From contig CALWTS010000031.1 of NCBI GenBank assembly GCA_944384535.1, positions 71,461 to 135,460 on the forward strand: 64,000 nucleotides of DNA. The letters run 5' to 3'. The position numbers and the translations under genes are program-made. The stretch is from an uncultured Clostridia bacterium. GTDB lineage: Bacteria; Bacillota; Clostridia; Christensenellales; UBA1242. Below are positions 39,187 through 49,798 of this stretch, one piece after another. Positions within the stretch are counted from its first letter, which is position 1. Each line of letters opens with the position of its first letter. The notes beneath the pieces were generated by a model that was given only the letters and a program-made list of their open reading frames with translations, searched no databases and was not told where the DNA came from.

Positions 39187-39861
39187 TCATTGTCTAACAT
39201 TGTGAAGAATATCGTATTCATAATCAAAACCTAATATATCTTCAGCAAACAAATGATTATATTTTGCACAATATGCATCTTCCTCATTTGTATATTGATT
39301 AAATTTTTTGCACAACCCAAAACAGTTTGTTCTTGTCATAGCACTTATCACATCATTATCAAAATAATTACCTAGATGCTTCAATGTATAAAATTGTTTT
39401 TGACTTAGGCCAACAATTGTTCTTTCTGTCTTACATTCTTCATATTGATAATTCCACTGCTCAATAATTTGCTCAATATTTTCTACATCCACAATCTTAC
39501 CGAAACAATCATATCCAGGATAAAATTCCAACCCAGACATAAAAGAAAAATACCTAACTGAATTCGTTAAATCAATACTATTCAACTTTAACCATAATGC
39601 CGTAATTATATGCTTATGACCAATAACTTTATAAATTTTTCCATCATTTGTAATAATCCCCTTATCTGGAAGATTAGTCATTTTAAGATCTACGTTTAAA
39701 ATATTTTTTGGCAAAACTTTAACATTTATTGAAGAAAAATAATCTAAAGGATACTCCTTAAAATACTTATTATAAATTTCTATAGCTTCTTTGTTATTTT
39801 TATTTATTTCATCTATTAATGAAGTTTTTCCTTCTAAAATATCTTTAATTAACTGACTCAT
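39187..39861 (-). CDS. Hypothetical protein
   Basis: 224-aa ORF with SD GAGG; no recognised motif. Confidence 0.6.
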   Translation of the reverse strand: MSQLIKDILEGKTSLIDEINKNNKEAIEIYNKYFKEYPLDYFSSINVKVLPKNILNVDLKMTNLPDKGIITNDGKIYKVIGHKHIITALWLKLNSIDLTNSVRYFSFMSGLEFYPGYDCFGKIVDVENIEQIIEQWNYQYEECKTERTIVGLSQKQFYTLKHLGNYFDNDVISAMTRTNCFGLCKKFNQYTNEEDAYCAKYNHLFAEDILGFDYEYDILHNVRQ

Positions 39862-40006
39862 TCATCTATACCTCAATTTAAATTATATAAACATTATAAT
39901 TTAAAAGTTCTTTTATGTAAATAAATTTTTTAAAATCTCTTTATTTTTTTCAACTTTGTTTTTTTATTAGTTAAGTTTCAAACATCTTGTGCTATAATAT
40001 TTTTAT

Positions 40007-40912
40007 ATGGAAAGTAGATATTATCATTTAAACGATTATTTAAAAAATCTTTTTAATGAAAAAGTTTTAAAAATTTGCATTAATGCAGACTTCTCATGTC
40101 CCAACAGAGATGGTAAATGCGGTTATGGAGGATGTATTTTTTGTAGCGAATCAGGAAGTGGTGAACATTTAAAAAAAATAAGTATATCTAATCAAGTTGA
40201 AACTTTTTTAAAAAGTTATAAGGGAAAACGAGCAAATAAATTTATAGTTTATTTCCAAAATTTTTCAAATACTTACGACAACATATCTTCACTCAAATTA
40301 AAGTATGATAGTGCGCTTATAAGTGATAAAATTGTAGGAATTTCAATAGCAACAAGACCAGATTGCATAGATGAAGAAATTGTAAAATTAATTTCTTCTT
40401 ACAAAGACAAGTATTATGTATGTGTAGAATTAGGACTGCAAACAGCAAATGATGAAACAGCATTATTAATTAATCGTTGCTATAAAACTAAAGTTTTTAA
40501 AAATGCTGTTCAATTATTGCATAAGTACAATATTCCTGTTGTTACACATATAATGATAGGTCTACCTAACGAAAAAGATTGTGATGTTTTAAATACAATA
40601 AAACTAATTAACGACCTAAATATAGAAGGAATAAAAATTCACTCAACTTATGTTGTAAAGAATACAAAACTTTGTCAAATGTATGAAAATAAAAAATATT
40701 CACCTATATTATTGGAAGATTATATAAAGACTACATGCCTTGCGCTTTCTTTTTTGAATCCAAATATTGTAATTCATCGCTTAAGTGGCGATGCTCCAAA
40801 AGAAATTTTAGTCGCACCGGACTGGAATTTACATAAAAAATGGATTTTAAATGGTATAAATAAATATTTAAAAGAGCACAATATTTATCAAGGTATGAAT
40901 TTTAATAAATAA
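40007..40912 (+). CDS. YhcC/YtqA-type radical SAM protein
   Basis: FSCPNRDGKCGYGGCIFC, YFQNFSNTY, IATRPDC, ELGLQT. Confidence 0.9.
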   Translation: MESRYYHLNDYLKNLFNEKVLKICINADFSCPNRDGKCGYGGCIFCSESGSGEHLKKISISNQVETFLKSYKGKRANKFIVYFQNFSNTYDNISSLKLKYDSALISDKIVGISIATRPDCIDEEIVKLISSYKDKYYVCVELGLQTANDETALLINRCYKTKVFKNAVQLLHKYNIPVVTHIMIGLPNEKDCDVLNTIKLINDLNIEGIKIHSTYVVKNTKLCQMYENKKYSPILLEDYIKTTCLALSFLNPNIVIHRLSGDAPKEILVAPDWNLHKKWILNGINKYLKEHNIYQGMNFNK

Positions 40913-40921
40913 AAATACAAG

Positions 40922-41419
40922 TTAAAATCCTTGTATTTTTTTTGCAAAATTTTTATAACTTTCTGACCTTTTAACCGCCACCACAGTGTCTTTTTCATCT
41001 TTATAAAATTCAACATCAAAACTTTTGTTATTTATTATTTGATACATACCACTTATATGCGGTGAAATTTTTTTGTTTTCTTGTGCAATAAAGCAAATTT
41101 CTTTATTATTGTTGTGGCTAAGAAGATAAAAAACCTCCATTCCCATACCTATAGAAGGTTCTGAAATGTCAACAACAACAAACTCGGCTTTATCTATACA
41201 TTTAATTGCCCTCTCAAATATTAGTTTATCGCGGTTTTTGTTGTCATTTATAGATTCAATAAATGCCTTTGTATGGTTTGGATTTGATGATAAAATTACT
41301 GTTTTGGTATCACCTTTAATTACATTACAATTTATATTAGCAGCTAAAAACTGATATTGTTTGAGCGGTATACTAGATGCTCCTAAAATCAAAATTTTTT
41401 CATCTATTTCATCTTTCAT
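40922..41419 (-). CDS. Nucleoside 2-deoxyribosyltransferase-like protein
   Basis: IFER...IDKAEFVVVDISEPSIGMGMEV and ISPHISG resemble the NDT/DNPH1 family. Confidence 0.6.
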   Translation of the reverse strand: MKDEIDEKILILGASSIPLKQYQFLAANINCNVIKGDTKTVILSSNPNHTKAFIESINDNKNRDKLIFERAIKCIDKAEFVVVDISEPSIGMGMEVFYLLSHNNNKEICFIAQENKKISPHISGMYQIINNKSFDVEFYKDEKDTVVAVKRSESYKNFAKKIQGF

Positions 41420-41549
41420 TTTATCTTAAAATTCCTTTTTTAAAGAATAGCACAAAACAGTTTAAAACTCAATCTTTATCTCAAAATAAAATCTTTTTTT
41501 CTTGATTTTTTAAAGAAAAAGTTATATAATGATGTGCGAGGTAAAAAAA

Positions 41550-42629
41550 GTGATATTTCTTTATATTTTCATTCTTATAGTAAGTCTTTTTTGTGTAATC
41601 TATGGTGGAAATCTTTTTGTAGATTCTTCTATTAAATTAGCTAAAAGAACAAAAATTCCAATGATTATAATTGGTGCAACTATTGTTTCTATTGCAACAA
41701 CATTACCTGAATTAATCGTAACAATTATATCTTCTAGTTCCGCTAATTATGAACTTGCTGTTGGAAATGCTTTAGGGTCGATTATTGCCAATACTGCACT
41801 TATTTGTGGACTTTCTATCGCAATTATTCCAATAATGATAAAAGATGGGTCATCTATGCTTAAATATGTTCTCGTTTTAATATCTTTCTTGGCTTTATCT
41901 TTATTCAGTATAGATTGTTCGGTAAGTTTATGGGAAGCTTGTATACTATTTTTATTGTTTATAGTTTTCATGTTGGTCAACACTTTAGAATCTGTTTATC
42001 AACATAAAAAAGAAAAACAATTTTCTTCTCCTGATCCAAATAAAGTGAAATTTTCTGACGAAACAGTTAATAAAGATATTAATAATAAAGATGTTAATCA
42101 AACTAACCTTACTAATGAAACTAGTTCCCCAGTTATAGAAAAAAGAAGTGATAAATTATATTTTATTATTATTATGTTTATAATAGGTGCTGCTTTAATT
42201 GGTGGCGGAGCTTATGGATTGGTACAAAGCGCAACAGAAATTTGTACTATAATAGGTCTAAGCGAACAATTCGTTGGATTGACAATTGTTGGATTAGGTA
42301 CCAGTCTCCCAGAGCTTGCAACAACAATTATTGCAATACGTAAAAAGAATTCAGCTCTAGGTTATGGAAACATAATTGGCGCAAATATAATTAATGCAAC
42401 ACTCTTGATAGGAGTAAGTGGTTTCTTTGCCAATAAAAATGGTCTTCCTCTTACACCTTTAACACTATATGTAAGTGTTCCTGTTATGGTCTTTGTAACA
42501 CTAATAATGATTCTTCCTATGATGATTAAAAAAAGAACTTATAGATGGCAAGGAATAACTTTACTTACAACTTTTGTATTATATTATATTTATCTTATCG
42601 TTATGACCTGTTTAGGATACACCGTTTAA
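41550..42629 (+). CDS. Calcium/sodium antiporter (YrbG family)
   Basis: Two alpha repeats, ATTLPEL...GNALGS and GTSLPEL...GNIIGAN; GTG start behind SD GAGGT. Confidence 0.9.
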   Translation: MIFLYIFILIVSLFCVIYGGNLFVDSSIKLAKRTKIPMIIIGATIVSIATTLPELIVTIISSSSANYELAVGNALGSIIANTALICGLSIAIIPIMIKDGSSMLKYVLVLISFLALSLFSIDCSVSLWEACILFLLFIVFMLVNTLESVYQHKKEKQFSSPDPNKVKFSDETVNKDINNKDVNQTNLTNETSSPVIEKRSDKLYFIIIMFIIGAALIGGGAYGLVQSATEICTIIGLSEQFVGLTIVGLGTSLPELATTIIAIRKKNSALGYGNIIGANIINATLLIGVSGFFANKNGLPLTPLTLYVSVPVMVFVTLIMILPMMIKKRTYRWQGITLLTTFVLYYIYLIVMTCLGYTV

Positions 42630-42863
42630 CAAATTTATAAAATAAAAAATCTAATCATTCTTAAATTGTTTGGTTAGATTTTTTTTGTTAAATAAAAACT
42701 ATCGCATTTTATTTTATATTCCTAAAACATTCTTATTAACTCATGATACAAACCAATTATTGCCTAAAATTTCAAAATTATTGATTAAAGATTTTAAACC
42801 AATCAAATAAAATTATTGACATTTATAAATTATATGTTAAAATATTTAAAAGGAGAGTAATTT

Positions 42864-43586
42864 ATGGTATTTCAAAAAGATGAAAAATTAACAAATTTTT
42901 TAAAAGATGTTTTTGAGAAAGAAGAAAAAATTACTATTGAAGGAGTCAATGGTTATGGTGTAAAATTTAAAACTTCTGGTATTATTGCAGCTGATGATCA
43001 TGGTCATCCTGGTATTTACGAAGACGACCTCATGATTCAATTTAAATTTAATAAGAATGGTCTTGGAATAGATCCTGAAGATAGAATACTGGCACCTTTT
43101 CATACCCAAAGAAATCAAGTTTACTTTATGGATCCTTCTCTATATATTTTTACAATTTATGACTCAAAAGGTAATAAAATCTACGAAAATCCAAACAAAA
43201 CACAAATTTTAGAAGAAATTAAAACTTTCAGCGCAGAACATAAAAAAAGAAAAAAACTTGAAAGAAGAGATCTTGTAGAATTTGATGATGTTACAAAAGA
43301 ACTTTTCAAATATATTGGAAAACCTATCATTTTAGTAGAAAAACAACAATGTTATACTGGTGTTCTTTCAGATATTAATGGTGCAAATAATGCTGGAGAA
43401 ACCATGATTAATATAAGAGTGGCTACATTGTGTGGTGGAATATCTGTTGGACCAGATACAACACTTTTTACAATAGATGATAAAAACAATATAAGGATAG
43501 TTGCTGATAATAGCCTTAATGCGAAAAATAAAGGTATAATGAAAAGACGTGTAGATAGAATTTTTGAAGATGTAGAAAATGAATAA
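42864..43586 (+). CDS. Hypothetical protein
   Basis: 240-aa ORF with SD AAGGAG and a TTGACA promoter upstream. Confidence 0.65.
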   Translation: MVFQKDEKLTNFLKDVFEKEEKITIEGVNGYGVKFKTSGIIAADDHGHPGIYEDDLMIQFKFNKNGLGIDPEDRILAPFHTQRNQVYFMDPSLYIFTIYDSKGNKIYENPNKTQILEEIKTFSAEHKKRKKLERRDLVEFDDVTKELFKYIGKPIILVEKQQCYTGVLSDINGANNAGETMINIRVATLCGGISVGPDTTLFTIDDKNNIRIVADNSLNAKNKGIMKRRVDRIFEDVENE

Positions 43587-43612
43587 AGAACATTGAAAGA
43601 TGTTCTTTATTT

Positions 43613-44137
43613 TTATAATTTTTTTTCTATAACCAAAATCTTTTCTTTTTTGCCAAACCTTTCCCCCTCATATTCATCAATTATCTTAAAACCTAAATCA
43701 AAAAAAACCTTCAGAGCAAATTCACGATCTTGTGGAACATTATCTATAAGAATTTCTATTCCTTCCTTTTTTGCTTGTTGACAAAGTTTAGATAACGCTG
43801 GTTTCATATAGCCTTTTCCTCTATACTTTGAATATATAACAATTCCCATTGATGCTACATTATCATTTTCTTTTTTATTAAAATTAATATATCCTACGAA
43901 TTCTTTTAAGTTGTTATCTAAAATATAAGCATAATAAAAATTGGGATTATTCATTTTTTGCTTATACCAATCTTTCCATTTTTCTTTTGGAAAATCAATA
44001 CAACCCGTATCATAGTGATATCCTTCATAATTTACATCATATCCTGCATTATAACTCATCGTTTCTTGGTCATTCATACATTTTTGTCTAAACCATAAAT
44101 CTTTTAATTTAGGTTTTATTAAAGAAATTCTATTCAT
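43613..44137 (-). CDS. GNAT family acetyltransferase
   Basis: VIYSKYRGKGY acetyl-CoA motif; ALKVFFDLGF. Confidence 0.85.
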   Translation of the reverse strand: MNRISLIKPKLKDLWFRQKCMNDQETMSYNAGYDVNYEGYHYDTGCIDFPKEKWKDWYKQKMNNPNFYYAYILDNNLKEFVGYINFNKKENDNVASMGIVIYSKYRGKGYMKPALSKLCQQAKKEGIEILIDNVPQDREFALKVFFDLGFKIIDEYEGERFGKKEKILVIEKKL

Positions 44138-44204
44138 TAAACACCCCTCTCTGAATTATAACAAACAAATTAAAAATAATTCAACTATTTTAAAAGGAAT
44201 AAAA

Positions 44205-44669
44205 ATGAATCAGTATTATTATAAAAAATCAAAATTTTATTACGAAACTTTTTTACAAAATAAATATGTCAAAAAAGTTTGTGCTATTATTAGAGATAAG
44301 AACAAATTTCTTGTTTTAATTAATAACAACAAAGTAAATAATGTAGGTGGAACAGTTGAAAATAATGAATCAACAAAAGAAGCTATTATTAGAGAAGTCT
44401 TTGAAGAAACAAATGGACTTATTGAAAAAATAAGGTATTTAACTAAAAGTTATTATTCAGTTGAATGGGAATTTGAAAATAAAAAGTTTTTAAGTAAAAG
44501 AGTTGAATATTTCTATTTGTGTGAATTAAAAAATACAAATCTAAAAATTAAAGGTTTAAAAAATGAATTTTCTAAAAATATCAATCTTAAATGGTGCACA
44601 ATAGAAGAACTAGAATATTTTAATCTCAATTCAACAGAACTAAATATTATAAAAAATTTAAAATTTTAG
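44205..44669 (+). CDS. NUDIX hydrolase
   Basis: GGTVENNESTKEAIIREVFEET Nudix box. Confidence 0.85.
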   Translation: MNQYYYKKSKFYYETFLQNKYVKKVCAIIRDKNKFLVLINNNKVNNVGGTVENNESTKEAIIREVFEETNGLIEKIRYLTKSYYSVEWEFENKKFLSKRVEYFYLCELKNTNLKIKGLKNEFSKNINLKWCTIEELEYFNLNSTELNIIKNLKF

Positions 44670-44709
44670 CAAAAACTGTAAAATAAAGAAACATTTATGG
44701 AGTTTAAAA

Positions 44710-45519
44710 ATGAAAGTAAACATTATCAATGTTCATAATTATTTATCTGTAAGCAAACTTCCCGACTCAGATTTTGTAATAAACCCTTATATTGGTTGTC
44801 CTCACTCTTGCAAATATTGTTATGCTTCTTTTATGAAAAAATTTACAAATCATTGCGAAAACTGGGGAGACTTTATTGATGTAAAAATATGTAATACACC
44901 AATTAACTTAAAAAAAATTAAAAATAAAAAAATTTTTTTAGGTTCTGTGACTGATTGCTATAATGATTTTGAAAAAGAATTTAAAATTACCCAAAATATT
45001 TTAAAACAGCTTATTAATTCAGATGCAGAAATAAGTATTTCTACAAAAAATAAATTAATTATTAGAGATATTGAAATTTTAAAAAATATTAAAAATCTAA
45101 CCGTTTGTATATCTATAAACACATTAGATGAAACTTTTAAAAATGATATGGATAAAGCAAGCTCAATAGAAGATAGAATAAAATCTTTAAAAATATTACA
45201 CGAAAACAAAATAAAAACTGTCTGTTTTATATCACCAATTTTTCCAATACTAACAGATTTTAAATCAATAATCGAACAAACAAAAAATTATTGTGATGAA
45301 TATTGGTTTGAAAATCTTAACTTAAGATATCCTTACAGAATTGAAATATTAAATTATATAAAAAACAAACATCCAAATTTATATCCTTTATACAAAAATA
45401 TATTTATTGATAATGATATAACATTTTGGCAAAATCTTGAAAAAGAAATTACTAATTATTGTTTATCAAATAAAATAAATTTCAAAAATTATTTTTACCA
45501 TGAAAAAATTAAAAAATAA
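44710..45519 (+). CDS. SplB-like radical SAM protein
   Basis: NPYIGCPHSCKYCYA, GSVTDCY, ISPIFP. Confidence 0.85.
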   Translation: MKVNIINVHNYLSVSKLPDSDFVINPYIGCPHSCKYCYASFMKKFTNHCENWGDFIDVKICNTPINLKKIKNKKIFLGSVTDCYNDFEKEFKITQNILKQLINSDAEISISTKNKLIIRDIEILKNIKNLTVCISINTLDETFKNDMDKASSIEDRIKSLKILHENKIKTVCFISPIFPILTDFKSIIEQTKNYCDEYWFENLNLRYPYRIEILNYIKNKHPNLYPLYKNIFIDNDITFWQNLEKEITNYCLSNKINFKNYFYHEKIKK

Positions 45520-46080
45520 TTAATTTAAAATTTCTCTTAAAAGTTGAAAAGCACTAATATTCCCTGAATAACCTTTTGGATTTAGAGGACTTGGATGATA
45601 AATTGGAAACACTTTATATTCCTCCCCTTCTATATTAATTTTAAAAATTTTACCAACATAATTAGAAAATTTTTTAATTTTTACACCTAACAATACTTGT
45701 GTCGGATAGATTCCCATAGGAACTAAAATTCTACAAGGAATGCTTTTTATTTGTTCCAACAAAATTGAAAAACAATTTTTCGAAGCCTTGGTAAGTAATT
45801 TTCTATCTTCTATTATACATTTACAACATTCTGTAAAATAAATATCTTTTATCGAATAATTAATTTCATTTAAAAGTTTTTCTAAAGTTCTTCCGCTTGC
45901 TTGAAGTTTAAAATCTTTATTGTAAAATGCTTTATGTGAAATAATCCAGCCATCTTTTGCAGGACTTTCTCCAATAATAATAAAAGGAGTGGTACCGATT
46001 TGAATTGATACCTCTTTTAATTTTTTTAAGTTACCACACTTACAACAATCTAAAATTTCATTCTGAATTTTTTCTATCAT
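45520..46080 (-). CDS. Uracil-DNA glycosylase family protein
   Basis: CCKC, IIGESPA, TECCKC, PIYHPSP. Confidence 0.8.
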   Translation of the reverse strand: MIEKIQNEILDCCKCGNLKKLKEVSIQIGTTPFIIIGESPAKDGWIISHKAFYNKDFKLQASGRTLEKLLNEINYSIKDIYFTECCKCIIEDRKLLTKASKNCFSILLEQIKSIPCRILVPMGIYPTQVLLGVKIKKFSNYVGKIFKINIEGEEYKVFPIYHPSPLNPKGYSGNISAFQLLREILN

Positions 46081-46199
46081 AACCTTACAATAAGAAATTA
46101 TATCGATTACCAACTTTTCTGTCAATAAAATATTTTTTATTATCAAAGGTTTTGTTTTAATTAAAAAGTTTACTATACTAGGCATATAAAGGAGGATTT

Positions 46200-46679
46200 A
46201 TGAAAAAATTAGTAGTTTATTTTAGTGCAACAGGACACACAAAAAAATTAGCCGAAAGAATTGCAAAACTTTCTAATTCAGACTTGTTTGAAATAAAACC
46301 TAAAATTCCATACTCCAATGATGACTTAAACTGGATGAATGATAAAAGTCGATCATCTTTAGAAATGAAAAATCTTGACTTTAGACCAGAAATAGATGAT
46401 GCGACAATTGAAATAAAAAATTATGATATTATATTTTTGGGATTTCCTATTTGGTGGTATATAGCTCCTACAATCATAAATACATTTTTAGAAAAATATA
46501 ATTGGCAAAATAAAACAATTATTCCTTTTGCAACTTCCGGTGGCTCCAATATGGGAAAAACTAATTTATACCTTTTACCATCTTGTAATAATGCAAATTT
46601 AATAGAAGGAAAAAGATTTTTAACAACTGTTTCTGATAAAGAATTAAAGAATTGGATTGATGAAAAAATAAAAACATGA
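46200..46679 (+). CDS. Flavodoxin
   Basis: VYFSATGHTK, GFPIWW, PFATSGGS. Confidence 0.9.
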   Translation: MKKLVVYFSATGHTKKLAERIAKLSNSDLFEIKPKIPYSNDDLNWMNDKSRSSLEMKNLDFRPEIDDATIEIKNYDIIFLGFPIWWYIAPTIINTFLEKYNWQNKTIIPFATSGGSNMGKTNLYLLPSCNNANLIEGKRFLTTVSDKELKNWIDEKIKT

Positions 46680-46750
46680 TTTAAATATCATGTTTTTTAT
46701 TTTATAAATTGTAAAAGCTTATATTTTTCTATTTCATAAATTAAAAAATT

Positions 46751-47080
46751 TTATTTTTCACATCCACACTCAAAATCATATGCATATTCACTTGGCTTAT
46801 TTTGATAGAAAACAGCATTATTGGCGGAAGCCCAAATATAATTATCACAACATTTTGTTGTAAATGTTGCAGACTCCGACTCAGAATCTGCCCAAGTACC
46901 TATTTGATGTAAAACATTATGTCCATTTTCTTCAACAACTACATACTTAAAAGTATTTTTACTATTTCCCCAATTATCAAAAACATTCCTATTTCCACAA
47001 CCAGAAAAAGTTACTAATGATGTTAAAGTAAGTGTTACCATTAAAGTCGCTAAAACTTTTCTTTTTGTATTGCTTTTCAT
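46751..47080 (-). CDS. Small lipoprotein
   Basis: Lipobox FSG-C; SD AAGGAG. Confidence 0.7.
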   Translation of the reverse strand: MKSNTKRKVLATLMVTLTLTSLVTFSGCGNRNVFDNWGNSKNTFKYVVVEENGHNVLHQIGTWADSESESATFTTKCCDNYIWASANNAVFYQNKPSEYAYDFECGCEK

Positions 47081-47141
47081 TTTTAATTTCTCCTTTTCGA
47101 AGAATATTATCTCATATTAGATACCTATTGTCAATATGTTT

Positions 47142-47594
47142 TTAAATTTTAAACAAGCCTTTCATTATCGATAAAGAAAAATCTAAACTCTCTTTTTTAT
47201 TTTCGGTACTACAATGAGTAATTGAATATATTATTTTATTATTAACTAATGTTATAACTACTATAGTAAAATTAATTCCATCATAAAATATTAAATAATC
47301 GATACTTCTTCCATCTTCAGAAATCAGTTTATCTCTTTCTGTGAGTTTTAATTTTGCTTTATTATTTGCATCAATATATTCATCGATTATTTCATTATAA
47401 TCGATTTTATTTCCATCTGTAAGATAATTTACAAGTAAAATCCAATTAGTGTTTTCCCTTCCCAAAACAAGCAAACAATCTTTTTTTTGTTGATAAGTAT
47501 AATTTAGTTTTTTTAAAAGTTCATCTTTTTTATAAATCATTGTTCCTGAAGGCAAATAAAATTTTATTCCCATTTTCTCAAAATTTACTTCCAT
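47142..47594 (-). CDS. Hypothetical protein
   Basis: 150-aa ORF with SD GAGG. Confidence 0.6.
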   Translation of the reverse strand: MEVNFEKMGIKFYLPSGTMIYKKDELLKKLNYTYQQKKDCLLVLGRENTNWILLVNYLTDGNKIDYNEIIDEYIDANNKAKLKLTERDKLISEDGRSIDYLIFYDGINFTIVVITLVNNKIIYSITHCSTENKKESLDFSLSIMKGLFKI

Positions 47595-47635
47595 AAAATC
47601 CTCTTATTTAATAATTTTAAAATTCCATAAATCAT

Positions 47636-48430
47636 TTATGGTAATTCTACTTCATATTCTTCATCAAACTCTTTAGCAGAAGTTTTCACAAAATTATATA
47701 AATCAATTAAAGAATTTAATTTTTCCGTCAAATTATCACTAGGTTTTACACATTTGTTAAATAATTCTATAAACGTGTCGTTAGGTTTTGTGTTTCCAGC
47801 ATCTTTACCTATATATTTATCATAATAATCCGGATTGTTATAAACTTTATAAGCTTTAGCAAATCCAACTTGTGCTTCTCCATTAAATTTTGAATAAAAA
47901 CTTCTTATCATTTCTAAAACATTGTAATATACATAATCAAATTCTACATCATTCTTATCAAAAATGTTTTTCAGACTAGAAATTCTATTAGAAATTTGAG
48001 CTAATTCAAGTTTTAAATTTTGATTTTGTTGTTTATGATTTTTCACATAATAATCTTTAGCTGTTTTTAAAAAATTATTAACTAAACCATAATTATCTAC
48101 TAAAATGAATCCATTTTGATACAAAGCAACCTGAGAAGGCGTGTTTGAATTTGTATATTTTATTGTCTCTGACAAAAATTCCTCTATAGGCTTAATAAAA
48201 TATTCAAACTTTTGTCCTCTAAAAACTTTAACTCCACGAGTAACAAAATCAGCTTTATTCACCAATAACAACATATCAATATCACTAGAATTTTGAAAAT
48301 TGCCAGTTGTTGAAGATCCATAAATTATACAACCTAATATATTTGTTGGATCTAACACTTTTTGCAATAACACCTCATTATAAAATGCCAATGATAATTT
48401 TTTTAAATTATCATCAATCTTTTCTAACAT
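47636..48430 (-). CDS. Pol-beta-like nucleotidyltransferase domain protein
   Basis: IYGSSTTG...SDIDMLL motif and FEYF third carboxylate; SD GAGGT before ATG 48430. Confidence 0.8.
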   Translation of the reverse strand: MLEKIDDNLKKLSLAFYNEVLLQKVLDPTNILGCIIYGSSTTGNFQNSSDIDMLLLVNKADFVTRGVKVFRGQKFEYFIKPIEEFLSETIKYTNSNTPSQVALYQNGFILVDNYGLVNNFLKTAKDYYVKNHKQQNQNLKLELAQISNRISSLKNIFDKNDVEFDYVYYNVLEMIRSFYSKFNGEAQVGFAKAYKVYNNPDYYDKYIGKDAGNTKPNDTFIELFNKCVKPSDNLTEKLNSLIDLYNFVKTSAKEFDEEYEVELP

Positions 48431-48585
48431 ATTTACCTCACACACAATTATAACATAAATCCAGGCTTTATGCATTATATTTTATAAAAATTATGCTATT
48501 ATTTTTATTTTACAAAATCTTAAATTTATGATAAAATGATTCAAAAGATAAAAGATAAATATAATAAAGATTATAAAGAGGAATT

Positions 48586-49092
48586 ATGTATTTTAGAAAA
48601 ATTACAACCTTAGATGCAGAAAAATTAAGTGGTTTAATTAAAGAAATGAATGAAAATTTATTTAACAAATCATGGTTTTTAACCATGGAAAGTGACTTAA
48701 ATAATGTTATAAAAATGATAAACAATGATCGTTTTTATATCCTTGGTGCTTTTGATGGTGAAGATTTAGCGGGTATTGCATCTCTTGATTATAAAAACGG
48801 AAAATTACCACAAAAATATGAATTTCCAAATTGGTGTAACATTAGTAAAATGGTTGAATTTTCTTTTAGTATAGTCGCTTTGAAATATAGAGGAAAAGGT
48901 TTAATGTATGACTTGCTTAAGAAAATAAAAGAAATTGCCATATCTCAAGGATTTGAATTTGCTTGTTGTACAGTGCACAATGATAACTACCCTAGTAAAA
49001 AAAATTTACTAAAAATAGGGTTTTCTTATTATATGTCAATTGAACAATATACCGAATTTCCTAGAAACTTAATGCTAATGAAATTAAATTAA
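48586..49092 (+). CDS. GNAT family acetyltransferase
   Basis: VALKYRGKGL and TVHNDNYPS..NLLKIGF. Confidence 0.85.
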   Translation: MYFRKITTLDAEKLSGLIKEMNENLFNKSWFLTMESDLNNVIKMINNDRFYILGAFDGEDLAGIASLDYKNGKLPQKYEFPNWCNISKMVEFSFSIVALKYRGKGLMYDLLKKIKEIAISQGFEFACCTVHNDNYPSKKNLLKIGFSYYMSIEQYTEFPRNLMLMKLN

Positions 49093-49112
49093 TTTTATTT
49101 AAAAGGATACAT

Positions 49113-49692
49113 ATGTTTAACCTTATATTTGTTACCTCGAATAAAGGAAAATTATTGTCTGCTCAAAATCAATTAAAAGATTTAGTAAATCTTGAATATT
49201 GTAATATTGATATAAAAGAACCAATGTAAATGATATTGATTATATTGCAGAGTATAAAGTTAAAGAAGCTTATAAAATTGTTAATAAACCTTGTATTGTG
49301 CTTGATGCAGGATTTTATATTGTTAATTATCCCGGTAATCCATTATTTCCCAGAGCTTACCCTCGAAGAGAACTATTAGAAAAAATAGGAATTAAGGGAT
49401 TATTAAAAAAAATGGAAAACATCGAAGATAGAAGTTGCTATTTTAAAGAATGTCTTGCGTATTTTGATGGGAAAATATTAAAAAAATTTTATGGAATGAG
49501 TTCTGGCTCTTTATCAAAGGAAATAAGAGGTATTGATACTGAAATAAATGGTCAGAATTATGGTATGTTTTTATTCCACAAAATTGCATAAAAACGCTTG
49601 CGGAAATGAATGATATGGAAAGACAAACTAGAAAAGATGGACACACAAATTCATTTTTAGAATTTAAAAAATGGGTTTTAAATTCTGAATAA
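49113..49692 (+). pseudogene. Ham1/ITPase-like non-canonical purine NTP pyrophosphatase, frameshifted
   Basis: MFNLIFVTSNKGK..., then (new frame) IAEYKVKEAY..PCIVLDAGFYI, then (new frame) WSELWYVFIP..KTLAEM; frameshifts near 49225 and 49545. Confidence 0.75.
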
Positions 49693-49798
49693 TGAAATAA
49701 ATAAAAAACAGACTAAATTAGTCATAGAAAATTGAAACTTGCAGTTTTTAGACTAAAAGATAAAGAGCATATATTTGAATATGCTCTTTTTTCTTTGC

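Noticed and set aside
47636-48430. Nucleotidyltransferase as an MNT-HEPN antitoxin or CBASS cyclase
   Set aside because: No adjacent HEPN or effector gene; the dual-HEPN gene is 26 kb away with no evidence of linkage.
42864-49692. Run of short accessory genes (GNAT, NUDIX, UDG, radical SAM, NTase, Ham1) as an integron-like array
   Set aside because: Orientations alternate, no shared attC-like repeat was found between genes, and there is no tyrosine integrase.
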